Shown here in pieces: positions 31,211 through 42,164 of a stretch of 64,000 nt of DNA. The position numbers and the translations under genes are program-made. The notes under the pieces are model-generated. The model had not been told where the DNA came from. It worked only from the letters and a program-made list of their open reading frames with translations, and ran no database searches. Position 1 is the first letter of the stretch. Every line of letters starts with the position of its first letter. This DNA comes from Nitrosopumilaceae archaeon (lineage in GTDB: Archaea; Thermoproteota; Nitrososphaeria; Nitrososphaerales; Nitrosopumilaceae): assembly GCA_965208905.1 (NCBI GenBank), contig OZ242365.1, positions 2,080,001-2,144,000 of the forward strand. Direction: 5' to 3'.

Positions 31211-31551
31211 AAAGATTCCCATCGGGGGAGTGTATACGAAAGTTAACTTTTATGGATTAATCCTCTTAAGGTTCTGTAAAAACCCGCAATCAGACGACAT
31301 CCTTATACGGATGTAGACGTGTGGATATTGGTTACTCCAAAACAGTAGCTGACATACTTCCTTTGCGGTTCTGGTAAGTTATGGGTACATGAAACAAGGT
31401 GGAAAATAGGGTATATGGAAATATGAAATTAAAGTTAAAGATTCTTTTTGATAAGAAAGAGAGTATTATGTATCTAATATCAGTAAATCGTGTATAACCA
31501 AGTTTGGGTATCAAGTGTCTTGGGAATCCATAATTCTTCTTTGGTGATACC

Positions 31552-31845
31552 CTAGTTGTTATAGTGTGTATCTATAATTCGCACCAATGCATGAGTTAGA
31601 TGAAGCATGGTTATCTTGCGGGGCGGGCGTGCTTCAAATGTACTCTTTTCCTTTTCAAGGGTACGGACTTTACATAACAGCGCCTTAAGGTATGCCATTG
31701 TCGTTTCGTCTGCCCGTACTGTTGTAACTCCCTTTGCCCTGTTGTAGGTATGTCCTTTAGCCGCCGTTACTGTCGTTATATTGTCCCGTGGGTAATCTGG
31801 CAAATTTTCTAGTATGTCTCTCTCTAATGTCATGACATAGCACAT
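31552..31845 (-). CDS. Small hypothetical protein
   Basis: 97-aa ORF with a TATA-like sequence upstream; no recognised motif. Confidence 0.35.
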   Translation of the reverse strand: MCYVMTLERDILENLPDYPRDNITTVTAAKGHTYNRAKGVTTVRADETTMAYLKALLCKVRTLEKEKSTFEARPPRKITMLHLTHALVRIIDTHYNN

Positions 31846-32150
31846 GAACCATGTTTTTTATAACATATTATAATCAGTATGTCTACAATGTGCTCATTTG
31901 TGTTCACTTCAAGTCTCTACAGGTTAAATTCAACAAACCTATAATACAACCACATACGCACCAATACTGCCACACGGGGCATAACTTTCGTCTCGTTAAT
32001 TCATTAACGCTGTCCGCATTGTGGCCTCTATGGATGGCAATCATGTACCCTCACTTTCCACTACATTCCATGTACTGTATCTTACCAGTTCCTCCTTTGC
32101 ATAAAGTTTAAATCGACTATTACGTTCGTTCACGACGTCAGTGTCTAGTT

Positions 32151-34598
32151 TTATGGGGCGACACTCTGTTCGGCTAGGGAGACCACCTGTAGTATGCTGC
32201 CGTCAGGGTTTGAGACCAAGGCGTAGATTACGCCGTCAATAACAAAGATCCCTACATCGACGGGGTTATCCATGGCGTTGAGGCCATCCTGGCCGCCCCG
32301 GATGGTGGTTACCGGCAGGGGTTCAGCGGGGTCTGTTATATCTATCACATGAATACTGCCCTCCGAGCCGAACCCGTAGTCTACCACCAGTGCATACATG
32401 TGACCGTCGGCGGCAAACGCCTCTACGTCTACGGGCGCCCTGAACACATCGAAGCCATCCTGGCCGCCCAGGACGGTGGCAAGCAGTACAGGGGCTCGGG
32501 GCCGCGTGATATCGATCGTCTGCAGCGTCCCGACGGAGTCAAAGTCGCTGTAGCCAGATATCAACGCGTACGTGCGGCCATGAGTGGTGAACAACTCCAT
32601 GTCCGTGGGGTCGCTGAAGATCGAGAAGAATCTGGGCGACTCCAGCCTCACTGGATCCAAGAATTCTGGCGCCTCTACGTCCGTGATATCGGCGAACAGA
32701 ACCTCTTGGCTATGTCTAGGGGTCGCCATGGCGTAGGTGCGATCGTCAGCGATGAATATCCCAAGGCCTGTCGACCCTCCGGGACCAAAGTAGAACCTCT
32801 CAGATGTTCGCGCCCCGGAGATGGTCGAGGAGGTGACCGGGTCTGTGATGTTGATTACCTGTAGCACGCTCTCCGACATCACTAGGGCATAGGTCCGGTC
32901 GGATGCGTCGAATGTGCTGATGTCACCTGTGCCGTCCCATATGCCGGTCACCAGCATGGGCGCCACGGGGTCTGTGATGTCTAGTACCTGCACCACTCCG
33001 TAGCGGTCGTTGGCCACCAGTGCGTACGTCTCCCCAGATATCGTCAGCGTCTCCAAATCTAGCGGGCGACTCAGTCCAGTGAATCCGTCTTGTCCGTTAC
33101 CGATAGAGGTAAGCCTCTCGGGGGCGGCGGGGTCGGTGATGTTGATTATCTGTAGGGCGTCGTCCCCGGAGCCGGGCAGTAGGGCGTAGGTGCGGCCAGA
33201 CGCGGTGAATATTTCCATCTCGGTGAAGCCTCCCCCAAACAACTGGATGACCAGTCCGCCACGGATGGAGGTAAGCCTCTCGGGGGCGGCGGGGTCGGTG
33301 ATGTTGATTATCTGTAGGGCGTCGCCGAACCCGGATGTGAGTGCATACGTCCTGCCAGATGCTGCAAATATCTCTACGTCGAAGTGTGGCGCATAGTACC
33401 TATCTGCACCATCGCTATTGGAGATAGCAGCAACATGGGTGGGGAACTGTGGGTCTGTAACGTCGATTATCTGCAGGCCGCCAGAATCTGCCAGCAGGGC
33501 GTAGGTGCGGCCGTCAGCGGTGAAGGTCGCCTCTGGGCTGCTCTCGGCTGCAAACCTACCCTGGCCCTCCCCGGTGGAGACCACGTGGGTGGGGAACTGT
33601 GGGTCTGTAACGTCGATTATCTGGACGGCGCGCTCCTCCGAGCCGGACACCAACACATAAGTGCGGCCGTCAGAGGCGAACGTTTTGATGCCGGCGGAGT
33701 GAGGCATTAGGCCTAACCCGTCTTGGCCCTCGCGAATGCTAGCCACCGGGATGGGGGTGCCAGGTTTGGTTATATCTATTATCTGGATGGCGTGGTCGCC
33801 TTGGCTGACCACCGCCGCATAAGTGCGGCCGTCAGTGGTGAACATCTCGGCGTCCTGTGGCCAGCTCAAGGCGTAAAAGTCGTCTAGGCCATCACGTATG
33901 TCGGCCACAAGCACGGGGATCTGAGGGTCTGTAACGTCGATTATCTGGACAGCATCGCTGTCCACGCTGGAGAGTAGGACGTAGGTCTGGCCGGACACGG
34001 TTACAAACGTCTCTATGTCGGATATCTGCTCCCACGAATAGGACAGATCGCGCGTTCCCGGATAGCCAGCCAGTATTTCCTCTGTTTGTTCCGGGGATAG
34101 GTGACGAAGCGCATAGAAGTTGTCTTGGCCGCTCCGGACGGTGGTAACGATCTGGGAGGCATTGGGGGCCGTGATGTTTATGATCCTGAGCGTGTCGAAG
34201 CTGCCCACCACGGCATATACGTGGCCGGACACCGCAAATGTCCCGGCTCGGTCGTGGCCACCCCAGTAATGCAATCCGTCACGATCACTCCGTATACTGG
34301 CTACCGGCACCGGCGAGTCCGGATTCGTGATGTCCAGTATCTGGGTACCCAGCACACTTGCCGCCAAGGCGTACGTCCGGTTGGAAGCGACAAACACCTC
34401 TATGTCGGCCGGGAAGCTCAGCCGTTCAAATGCGCCCTGTCCATCCTGTAGGCTGCCTACGACCACCGGATATATCGCCCCGGGGTCCTGTCCAAGGGCA
34501 GGGGAGACGGCTGCAGCAGCCAGAGCCACCGCCAAGATAGGAAGCATCAACTGACCGGACGGTAGTCTAGATGAGCGCATCATAATTGGGTTAAACAT
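32151..34598 (-). CDS. Secreted LVIVD-repeat (beta-propeller) protein
   Basis: Signal peptide; about 14 repeats of F-x3-GRTYAL...LQIIDITDP..P. Confidence 0.88.
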   Translation of the reverse strand: MFNPIMMRSSRLPSGQLMLPILAVALAAAAVSPALGQDPGAIYPVVVGSLQDGQGAFERLSFPADIEVFVASNRTYALAASVLGTQILDITNPDSPVPVASIRSDRDGLHYWGGHDRAGTFAVSGHVYAVVGSFDTLRIINITAPNASQIVTTVRSGQDNFYALRHLSPEQTEEILAGYPGTRDLSYSWEQISDIETFVTVSGQTYVLLSSVDSDAVQIIDVTDPQIPVLVADIRDGLDDFYALSWPQDAEMFTTDGRTYAAVVSQGDHAIQIIDITKPGTPIPVASIREGQDGLGLMPHSAGIKTFASDGRTYVLVSGSEERAVQIIDVTDPQFPTHVVSTGEGQGRFAAESSPEATFTADGRTYALLADSGGLQIIDVTDPQFPTHVAAISNSDGADRYYAPHFDVEIFAASGRTYALTSGFGDALQIINITDPAAPERLTSIRGGLVIQLFGGGFTEMEIFTASGRTYALLPGSGDDALQIINITDPAAPERLTSIGNGQDGFTGLSRPLDLETLTISGETYALVANDRYGVVQVLDITDPVAPMLVTGIWDGTGDISTFDASDRTYALVMSESVLQVINITDPVTSSTISGARTSERFYFGPGGSTGLGIFIADDRTYAMATPRHSQEVLFADITDVEAPEFLDPVRLESPRFFSIFSDPTDMELFTTHGRTYALISGYSDFDSVGTLQTIDITRPRAPVLLATVLGGQDGFDVFRAPVDVEAFAADGHMYALVVDYGFGSEGSIHVIDITDPAEPLPVTTIRGGQDGLNAMDNPVDVGIFVIDGVIYALVSNPDGSILQVVSLAEQSVAP

Positions 34599-34646
34599 GT
34601 TGGCATCGCATATTAACGTTGATAAGGCAGAGCTCTGGTACGCGTA

Positions 34647-35579
34647 CTAGCGGACAACAGGATCCGATAGATTTTGAGTGTGATGGTCCAGATCGATGAA
34701 TTTATCCCATATTCGATGACTCGCGGTGTGGCCAACCGAAATATTAAGATCAAGCATACCCTCCCGCACCTACATAACACGAACCAAACCAGAAAAGATT
34801 CCCGCCGGAGACGAATACCTCCCGGACATTCCAGAGACGGAACTGGAATCGATTATTACAGCCATCCCCAGCTGTAAGGATATGCCCAAAGAACTGTTCA
34901 TACTGACGGCCGCCCTCAAAAGGAAGAGGTACGGAAGCATCATCGGAATGTATAGGGGCATGGGCTGACCATAAGCCACCGTCTACTACTAGCTGCTGCG
35001 TGTGCACGAGCGCGTGTTGGACGGCAGGGCATCCCTCAACAGGAAGAGAATTCTGGGCGAAGATTCCTGCCAGTTTATCTTGGAGTGGGTGTCCATATAT
35101 CCTCAGGATTACAAGTTTGAGTCCTGTATCTGGCAGATGTTGATGATCATCAGTATGATCCGTGACAAGTTGGGCATAAGCGTCCAACCCAGAACACTGA
35201 GACGGGCACTACGGCACGCAGGCATCTCGTTCAGAAAGTCGAAGACCCTTCCCGTATAACTCCGCATCAGAGCAGGAGCAGGCCAAGTTCAGCAAGAAGA
35301 CTCAGGGAATAGTCAACCGGCAGGCCGCCGGGGATGCTGTCTTGTATCAGGACGAGATGACTCTCAGGCCGGCGGCGGTATGTATCCAGAGACGGATGCC
35401 GTGCTGCACCAGTCCAGCCGTCAAGATGGGAGTCTCCAGAGTCGATCAAAGCGTTCGGCATTCCGGGCCGGGGCAGACTACACGTCATGGCTGACCGCAC
35501 TAAAACCATCGGACTTTGATAAAAACCACGTGGGAGTCAGCTTTCTTCCAATAGGCTATTGGATCCTATTGTCCGCTAG
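34647..35579 (+). mobile_element. Degenerate IS630-family element with intact ends
   Basis: TIRs CTAGCGGACAACAGGATCCGATAG / CTATTGGATCCTATTGTCCGCTAG with TA on both sides; broken transposase (GDEYLPDI..., RTLRRALRHAGISFRKSK, LYQDE). Confidence 0.85.
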
Positions 35580-35654
35580 TACGGTCCATATATCGTTTTT
35601 TTGACAGTTTGAGATTAAATGTTGGTTTATATACGACGCGTCACATTTTTGGGC

Positions 35655-36485
35655 ATGCAAAATCAGGCATATCACCCTCAAGGCATCACTATCTCTTATG
35701 ATCAAGCAAAAGCAGAGCATATACTAATAATCGATGTACGCGCTGAGCGCGAGTATGTAGCCGGACACATACCAGATGCCATCAGTCTGCCGCTGACAAA
35801 GATACTACAGGTAGCAGGGGATGATTACAAGCTAAGCAAAACATTCGGTAGTTTTGGTATTGGGCATGACACACAATGTGTCTTTTATGATGATGCATTT
35901 GGAGCCGTTGCGTCTCGCGTTGCAATGGCATTAGAGTCAGTGGGCGGACGCGCCAGTCTGCTGGATGTCACATATACTATTTGGAGGAGAGACCATACAC
36001 CTAACATGGGAGAGCCTCGCAGGCTAGATCCGATAACATTTTTGATGGCCGATAGATCATCATTGGACACCATGCTGACAGACATCAAAGACGTCAAGGC
36101 GGTGACCGAATCCAATGATTCTAGTAATGACATTCTGCTGGATGCCAGGGAGCGTTTGAACTTCTTATCAGGCCACATACCCGGAGCCATCAACATGCCA
36201 TATACCATGTTCAAGGATGCAGAGAATGACAAAATTTTACGTACTCCTGATGACCTAAGCCGCATCTTTAAGAATCGCGGTCTTGACCCGAACAGACCAA
36301 TCAGAATAATCACATATTGTGGTTCTTCGGGTACATTATCTGGACTGGTATATTACGCGCTTCGACAGGCGGGTTTTGCCAGTATCAGTATGTATGCTAA
36401 CTCGTTTCGTGAGTGGAACTCGCAGGAGGGTCGCGCAGTTGAGGTCCAGGAAGATGCGAATTATTGGGATCTCTCTGCAGAGTAG
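35655..36485 (+). CDS. Tandem-domain rhodanese / thiosulfate sulfurtransferase
   Basis: IDVR...GHIPDA, LDAR...GHIPGA, active-site TYCGSSG. Confidence 0.9.
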   Translation: MQNQAYHPQGITISYDQAKAEHILIIDVRAEREYVAGHIPDAISLPLTKILQVAGDDYKLSKTFGSFGIGHDTQCVFYDDAFGAVASRVAMALESVGGRASLLDVTYTIWRRDHTPNMGEPRRLDPITFLMADRSSLDTMLTDIKDVKAVTESNDSSNDILLDARERLNFLSGHIPGAINMPYTMFKDAENDKILRTPDDLSRIFKNRGLDPNRPIRIITYCGSSGTLSGLVYYALRQAGFASISMYANSFREWNSQEGRAVEVQEDANYWDLSAE

Positions 36486-36624
36486 ACATACGCATATAAC
36501 AAGATCAGATCATCTCACGTATAGTGTGGTTTTACCATACTCTTGGCCATACATGACTGTTTCTTGCGTTACCATGCAACATCCAATATATACTATGCAA
36601 AAATCTAAATACATTTTATATTAG

Positions 36625-37698
36625 TTGCAAGCGAAACAATACGTGGGTTTAAAAAAGTATGTTGCGACCAGAGTGGCAACACTCTTTGGTGTATTGATGG
36701 TGACACTACTACTTACGGTGGCTTTGGTGGGCTCCAACATGGATGTGATACTAAAACAGGGTGTTGCTGTGCAGGTTAGACATGAGGTGGCCGAGATACC
36801 AGGATTGGCCGATAGTTTTGAGTCGGTGGAGGCCTTTGAGAAGTATGTACAAGATACAATAGATAGGCGCATAACCGAATTGGGCTTGCATGAACCTTGG
36901 TACTCGCCACAGAGAATCGGACTATCCATGTACAAGATACTGTTACTGGACTTTGGACATGCCACGTTTTTGACCAGTGACTCTGGCTCATCCAATGTGG
37001 GCGATATAATAGCCGAGAAGCTACCAAAGACAGTCCTCCTCTTTACAACGGCGACCATAATAATTTCAATTATTGGTATACTCATGGGAGCACTATCTGG
37101 CAGTAAGGTCGGCTCGGTATTGGACAGAATTACATCTAGCTTTGCAGTTATCAGCTCAAGTTTTCCGGTCTGGTGGGTCGGTATGCTACTGATAATACTC
37201 TTTGCATTTACTTGGCAGATATTTCCGGCCCGGGCAACACCCCCCATACCTGCTGATGACCCTGGCTATATTGGCGCCCTGTTATACCATATGGCGTTGC
37301 CACTCATTACAATAGTCCTGATAGGGTTTGGGGCATGGGCATATTTGGTGCGCAACTTTATGGTGGGAATTTTACAAGATGATTTTATATTCGCAAAAAA
37401 GACCATGGGCATACCAAAGAAACACATAGTCTATCGACACGCACTAAAGAATGCAGCTCCCCCAATAGTTACAATACTTGCATTGAGCCTTTCAGGCTCG
37501 TTGGGCGGTGCCATAATAACCGAAGCCGTATTCGACTGGCCAGGTATGGGCCGACTCTACTTTGAGGCCATCACTGTACTTGACATGCCCGTAATAATAG
37601 GGGCAACATATGTCCTTACCGCCTTCTTTTTAGCTAGTATATTTGTGGCAGATATACTATACGGATACTTTGATCCCCGAGTGAGAACGGGACCATGA
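36625..37698 (+). CDS. Peptide/nickel ABC transporter permease (DppB/OppB-like)
   Basis: DFG, KLPKT, FAKKTMG...HALKNA, ITEAVFDWPGMG, DILYGYFDPRVR. Confidence 0.9.
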   Translation: MQAKQYVGLKKYVATRVATLFGVLMVTLLLTVALVGSNMDVILKQGVAVQVRHEVAEIPGLADSFESVEAFEKYVQDTIDRRITELGLHEPWYSPQRIGLSMYKILLLDFGHATFLTSDSGSSNVGDIIAEKLPKTVLLFTTATIIISIIGILMGALSGSKVGSVLDRITSSFAVISSSFPVWWVGMLLIILFAFTWQIFPARATPPIPADDPGYIGALLYHMALPLITIVLIGFGAWAYLVRNFMVGILQDDFIFAKKTMGIPKKHIVYRHALKNAAPPIVTILALSLSGSLGGAIITEAVFDWPGMGRLYFEAITVLDMPVIIGATYVLTAFFLASIFVADILYGYFDPRVRTGP

Positions 37699-39056
37699 GT
37701 TTTACAACACAAGACCTGTGGCGCGAGTTCAGGTCCAGCCATATGGGAATGGCGGGCATAATTATACTGGGTACCCTTATACTAATATCATGTGTCACTG
37801 TACTTGCCATACCTTTGGAGACATTTCAGGGATGGTCTAATCCAAACAACTGGCTATACTACCCAAAGGCGGCCGTCCCCGGCTGGACGAACCTGTTTTT
37901 GCCTGAAGCCATACCCGAACACATGATTTTGGACGACTCGGTGACGTATACAGACTCTGCTGGAGGCATAACACTACACTCGGACATATTTACCATAAAT
38001 TACAAGTACGATGACTTTCCAGGCGGCTTCATATACGAGTATACTGCCGAGTATACGGGCGCCCCCCTGCTCACCATGAGTGTGCTACGTCCGGATGATA
38101 CATTATTGAATATACTCTCCATGCCATTACCTCCTTCAGACTCGGAGACAACACACACCGAAAAGATATTCTCGACAGATTTAGCCATATATAAGAACCT
38201 GCTCCTGCACTCAAATGAGTTTGATCACACCATAGATGGTTTGTCTGCCGAATCCATAATCTTCTCAGATAGTACCATACATGAGCCTCTTGATGGAAGA
38301 TACGTCTTTACCGTAAACTTGTACGGGAGTCAGGGAGACGCCATACAAGACTCCATACTTGTAATAGATGGAAAGGCATTTGGCATAATGGGGACAGATG
38401 AACTACGTCGGGATCTGGTTGTGGGTCTTTTATGGGGCACTCCATTGGCACTCTTCATAGGATTGGTAGTGGCCATTGGATCAGTTACCGCGGGTCTGAT
38501 ATATGGTGTATATGCTGGCTACAAAGGCAAGCTTACCGATGAATCATTAATGCGGTTCAACGATGTGATATATGCACTGCCTGCACTACCGTTTTTGATA
38601 ATACTGGCGGTTACCATAAGTAATAGTATATTTGTAATGATCGGATTTCTGATGATATTTGGCTGGGTTGGAATAGCCAAGGTATCCCGGAGCATGGCGC
38701 TCCAAATAAAGACCCGGGGATATGTGGAGGCTGCCCAAATGATGGGCCAAAGCAATACCGCCATAATATTTCGACATATAATACCACAACTACTACCGTA
38801 TGCATTTGCAAGTATTGCCATATCTGTACCTGCTGCCATAACAACAGAAGCAGGTCTGAGTTTTTTAGGACTGGGTGATCCATCATTTCCCACCTGGGGT
38901 CACATTTTATATGATGCCAATACGTATGGCGCTGCCGCCCGGGGTATGTGGTGGTGGATTGTACCGCCAGGGATGATGATTGCACTGACCGGTCTAGCGT
39001 TTGTCTTTATAGGTAATGCGCTTGATGCCATAGTGAATCCGCGCCTACGCCGGTAG
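37695..39056 (+). CDS. Peptide/nickel ABC transporter permease (DppC/OppC-like)
   Basis: MGTDELRRD, YVEAAQMMG, HIIPQ, EAGLSFLGLG, PTWG, NPRLR. Confidence 0.9.
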   Translation: MSFTTQDLWREFRSSHMGMAGIIILGTLILISCVTVLAIPLETFQGWSNPNNWLYYPKAAVPGWTNLFLPEAIPEHMILDDSVTYTDSAGGITLHSDIFTINYKYDDFPGGFIYEYTAEYTGAPLLTMSVLRPDDTLLNILSMPLPPSDSETTHTEKIFSTDLAIYKNLLLHSNEFDHTIDGLSAESIIFSDSTIHEPLDGRYVFTVNLYGSQGDAIQDSILVIDGKAFGIMGTDELRRDLVVGLLWGTPLALFIGLVVAIGSVTAGLIYGVYAGYKGKLTDESLMRFNDVIYALPALPFLIILAVTISNSIFVMIGFLMIFGWVGIAKVSRSMALQIKTRGYVEAAQMMGQSNTAIIFRHIIPQLLPYAFASIAISVPAAITTEAGLSFLGLGDPSFPTWGHILYDANTYGAAARGMWWWIVPPGMMIALTGLAFVFIGNALDAIVNPRLRR

Positions 39057-39716
39057 CGGCTCTGTGCACGACATTGTATCAGTATAGAATATCTTACATA
39101 CATGTTGCCTGTTGGGGGCAGACCACCCATCATCTCCGTACATGTATCTTAGTACATTTTGGGTGTTTGTATCATCACTCAATCTGATGTCTGTGGATGC
39201 GCCAGCACATGTACTTTGATTATTCTCCTCGCTACACATCATGTTGGGACCTTCTCCAAAGTAATGTCCCACACCCATCATGTGTATGGTCTCATGTAGT
39301 ATTGCATATTTTATGTCGGTATCGTTTCGCCACCAGTCCACACATACGTATATTGTGCCAGATCTATAATCTGCCATGCCACTCCACTCTGGATTTAGAC
39401 AGTTGGCCCAGCCCGAATCAGTATCTTGTACTCCAGATATTGCATGTACGGTTATGTGCAGTGTCGCAGGTCTTGTGTTTAGTGTGACCAAATCCCATTG
39501 AGGACCCATGGATAACGGTATATCGTTTAGGGCATCTTGTACTGTCGCCATATACTCGGCGTTTGGTACGAATATTATCGGCTCGTATGGCAATGGTGTA
39601 GCCACCATATAGTATGATGGGCCTGTATGGTAGTTGTCAGATACCGACCACCACAGCAGCAACGCTGCAACGGCTATTGTGGTAACTAGCATAAGGTTGA
39701 GTGCATACTTTGGCAT
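39045..39716 (-). CDS. Membrane-anchored zinc metalloprotease (matrixin/metzincin-like)
   Basis: HETIHMMGVGH (HExxHxxGxxH) followed by NMM Met-turn; N-terminal TM. Confidence 0.78.
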   Translation of the reverse strand: MPKYALNLMLVTTIAVAALLLWWSVSDNYHTGPSYYMVATPLPYEPIIFVPNAEYMATVQDALNDIPLSMGPQWDLVTLNTRPATLHITVHAISGVQDTDSGWANCLNPEWSGMADYRSGTIYVCVDWWRNDTDIKYAILHETIHMMGVGHYFGEGPNMMCSEENNQSTCAGASTDIRLSDDTNTQNVLRYMYGDDGWSAPNRQHVCKIFYTDTMSCTEPLPA

Positions 39717-39770
39717 GATACAGATGTATCTGCAACTGATGTATATAGTCACGGCACACAGTATGTAATA

Positions 39771-40289
39771 ATGATTATAGTGTATACGGGGGGCGGTAAA
39801 GGAAAGACTACTGCTGCATTGGGTCTGGCGTTGCGAGCAACCGCATATGACAAAAAGATACGCATGATTCAGTTCATCAAGGGCAGCTGGCACTATGGCG
39901 AGATGAGCTCATCATCAAGACTCTCTCCAGAGTTTGAGATAGTTGCGGTGGGAAAGGGATTTGTGGGAATAATGGATGATGTCAGCACTCCACAACAACA
40001 TATTGATACTGCCCGGCAAGCCTTATCCTTGGCGCGTAAGAGCGTATCTGATGATACATTGGATATAATAATACTCGATGAGGTAAACTATGCAATACAT
40101 CTAGATTTGATATCTGAAGATGACATACTTGGCGTGTTGGATGCCTGCCATGCGGGTGCGGATGTCATATTAACTGGAAACTACGCAACAGATAAAATCA
40201 TACAGGCAGCTGATCTGGTTACCGAGATGCGCTCAATAAAACATCCCTTCCAAAAAGGCATACGCGCAAAGCAGGGAATAGACTTTTAA
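39771..40289 (+). CDS. cobO: Cob(I)alamin adenosyltransferase
   Basis: YTGGGKGKTTAALG, IQFIKG, ILDEVN, ADLVTEM...KHPF.KGI.A.QGIDF. Confidence 0.93.
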   Translation: MIIVYTGGGKGKTTAALGLALRATAYDKKIRMIQFIKGSWHYGEMSSSSRLSPEFEIVAVGKGFVGIMDDVSTPQQHIDTARQALSLARKSVSDDTLDIIILDEVNYAIHLDLISEDDILGVLDACHAGADVILTGNYATDKIIQAADLVTEMRSIKHPFQKGIRAKQGIDF

Positions 40290-40296
40290 GACTATA

Positions 40297-40577
40297 GGCG
40301 TGCCGGGAGTAACCCTCCTTCTGTTTTCGCGATATTTCGCTATGCGGCCTACCTAGACCTTTGGCAGGACATACGGTCTCATTTGGCCTTGCTCCGCGCA
40401 GGGCGGCTTTTTCATGCCCGTGTACCGAAACCTCCGACTCACACCATCACCGTATTAACGGGCGGGCTGGTCTCTGTGCCGTTGCCAGCCGTCTCCGACT
40501 ACCCATCTTTAGGTTGCGCTTCCTGCAGGAGGGAGGAGTTTCCTCTGCCGTGGCAGTGTATCGCGCTCCGGCTCGCC
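40297..40577 (-). ncRNA. rnpB: RNase P RNA (archaeal)
   Basis: Minus strand has GAGGAAACTCC and AACAGAAGGAGGGTTACT (P4/CR-I and CR-V) with pairing ends GGCGAGCCGG / CCGGCACGCC. Confidence 0.9.
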
Positions 40578-40721
40578 GTTGTTGTTATGTATTGATATAA
40601 TTTTTAGATTACTGTTGTTGTGCATTTGAATCATCTGATTCAACTATGTCAACTTTGCGTTATGTATCTGAGATTTACACACAATTATGACTATTTAATA
40701 TAGCAATAATAACACATATTT

Positions 40722-42125
40722 GTGATGTCACTAGTGCCATTCCTGACCATACTGGATACAATACAGGAGTATCTTGGCATACAGATTACATACGGGGACG
40801 GCATGATATACAGATGGTTAGAGGATAGCGGTGTAAGCGTGTGGATCAACAGTCTACAGGTTTGGTTTGCATCCTTGGTGGACATCATTGGAATCTCCGA
40901 CTCATCCATAGCTTCAGCGCCTGTTCTGTTGTTGGCAGCCGGGGTGGTGATATTTGCAGGGGTGGCCGGAGAGGCGTTCTTTCGGAGGACTGGCGTACCC
41001 GAAGTGGCGTTTCTAATGATACTGGGGGTCATACTAGGACCAGTACTGGGAATAGTTCAGATTGAAGCGGTTATGGCGATTGTCCCCTACTTTGCCGCTT
41101 TGGCTCTAATCATTATAATGTTTGATGGTGGTTTGAATCTGAATTTAAAGCTGCTGGTATCGACGGCGCATTTTGCAACGGCACTGGTGGTGGGAGGCTT
41201 TATAATCTCGGTGGCTTTGGTCGCTGTGGGAGCCCACTTTATTTTAGGGTGGGGATGGTTGGAGAGTTTACTACTGGGAAGCATAGTTGGCGGAAGCAGT
41301 TCAGCCATAGTGTTTGGTTTGGTAAGGCAGATAGGAATATCCAAAGATGCCCGTTCAGTACTGAGTTTTGAGTCGGCACTCACGGACATCTTGGCTACAA
41401 TAGTGGCGTTTGTCATGCTAGAAGCTGTCTTTACTGGACAGTTCAATACAGACACATTATTGAGTAGCATGGGTCGCGCTGCAGCGGTGGGATTGATACT
41501 GGGCTTTGGTGTGGGCATACCCTGGTTATACATCACCACACGTATGGTCAACACGCAGCACGTCTACATGCTAACACTGGGCATGCTCTTTGTACTCTTC
41601 TTTTTGGCAGTGAACTTTGGGGAGTCAGGTGCGCTTACGGCACTGGTCTTTGGACTCATGTTGGGGAATCGTAAGAAACTTACAGACTGGTTGCGTATTC
41701 CATTCCAAAGTATAGACCATAATGATCCTACACACAATCAACTGACGTTCCTTGTACGCTCATTCTTCTTTGTCTTTGTGGGTCTGATGGCCACGTTGGG
41801 CCGCATAGAGTATATCATATTTGGTATTGTAATGACTATACTTGTGTATTATGGAAGGGCGATTGTTGTAAAGTTGACACTTACCAAAAGATTTTCGGAT
41901 TTGGACAAACGCATAACACGTGTTATGATTCCTCGAGGCTTGGCCGCAGCAGTGCTGGCGACGTTTCCCATCACGATGGGGTTGGACAATGCAGAAGCAT
42001 ACCTTCAGATCGTCTTCTTTATCATATTGACATCTGTGATAATAACTACGATGGGATCCAGGGTATCAAAGGCCAAAACTAAGACTGAAGATAGAGATCC
42101 ATCTGCGTGGAGCGGGTTTGAATGA
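40722..42125 (+). CDS. Cation/H+ antiporter (CPA1, NhaP-like)
   Basis: Many TMs; IIMFDGG, SFESALTD, FFFVFVG, PRGLAAAVLA. Confidence 0.88.
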   Translation: MMSLVPFLTILDTIQEYLGIQITYGDGMIYRWLEDSGVSVWINSLQVWFASLVDIIGISDSSIASAPVLLLAAGVVIFAGVAGEAFFRRTGVPEVAFLMILGVILGPVLGIVQIEAVMAIVPYFAALALIIIMFDGGLNLNLKLLVSTAHFATALVVGGFIISVALVAVGAHFILGWGWLESLLLGSIVGGSSSAIVFGLVRQIGISKDARSVLSFESALTDILATIVAFVMLEAVFTGQFNTDTLLSSMGRAAAVGLILGFGVGIPWLYITTRMVNTQHVYMLTLGMLFVLFFLAVNFGESGALTALVFGLMLGNRKKLTDWLRIPFQSIDHNDPTHNQLTFLVRSFFFVFVGLMATLGRIEYIIFGIVMTILVYYGRAIVVKLTLTKRFSDLDKRITRVMIPRGLAAAVLATFPITMGLDNAEAYLQIVFFIILTSVIITTMGSRVSKAKTKTEDRDPSAWSGFE

Positions 42126-42164
42126 TGTATATGATTATATCGGAGTAGCGGACTTACGATATAA

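Noticed and set aside
8830-35600. A tRNA-integrated element with attL/attR
   Set aside because: No second copy of the tRNA 3' end was seen by eye, and the only integrase is a fragment
40361-40600. Short ORFs in the ORF track
   Set aside because: They overlap the RNase P RNA on the opposite strand
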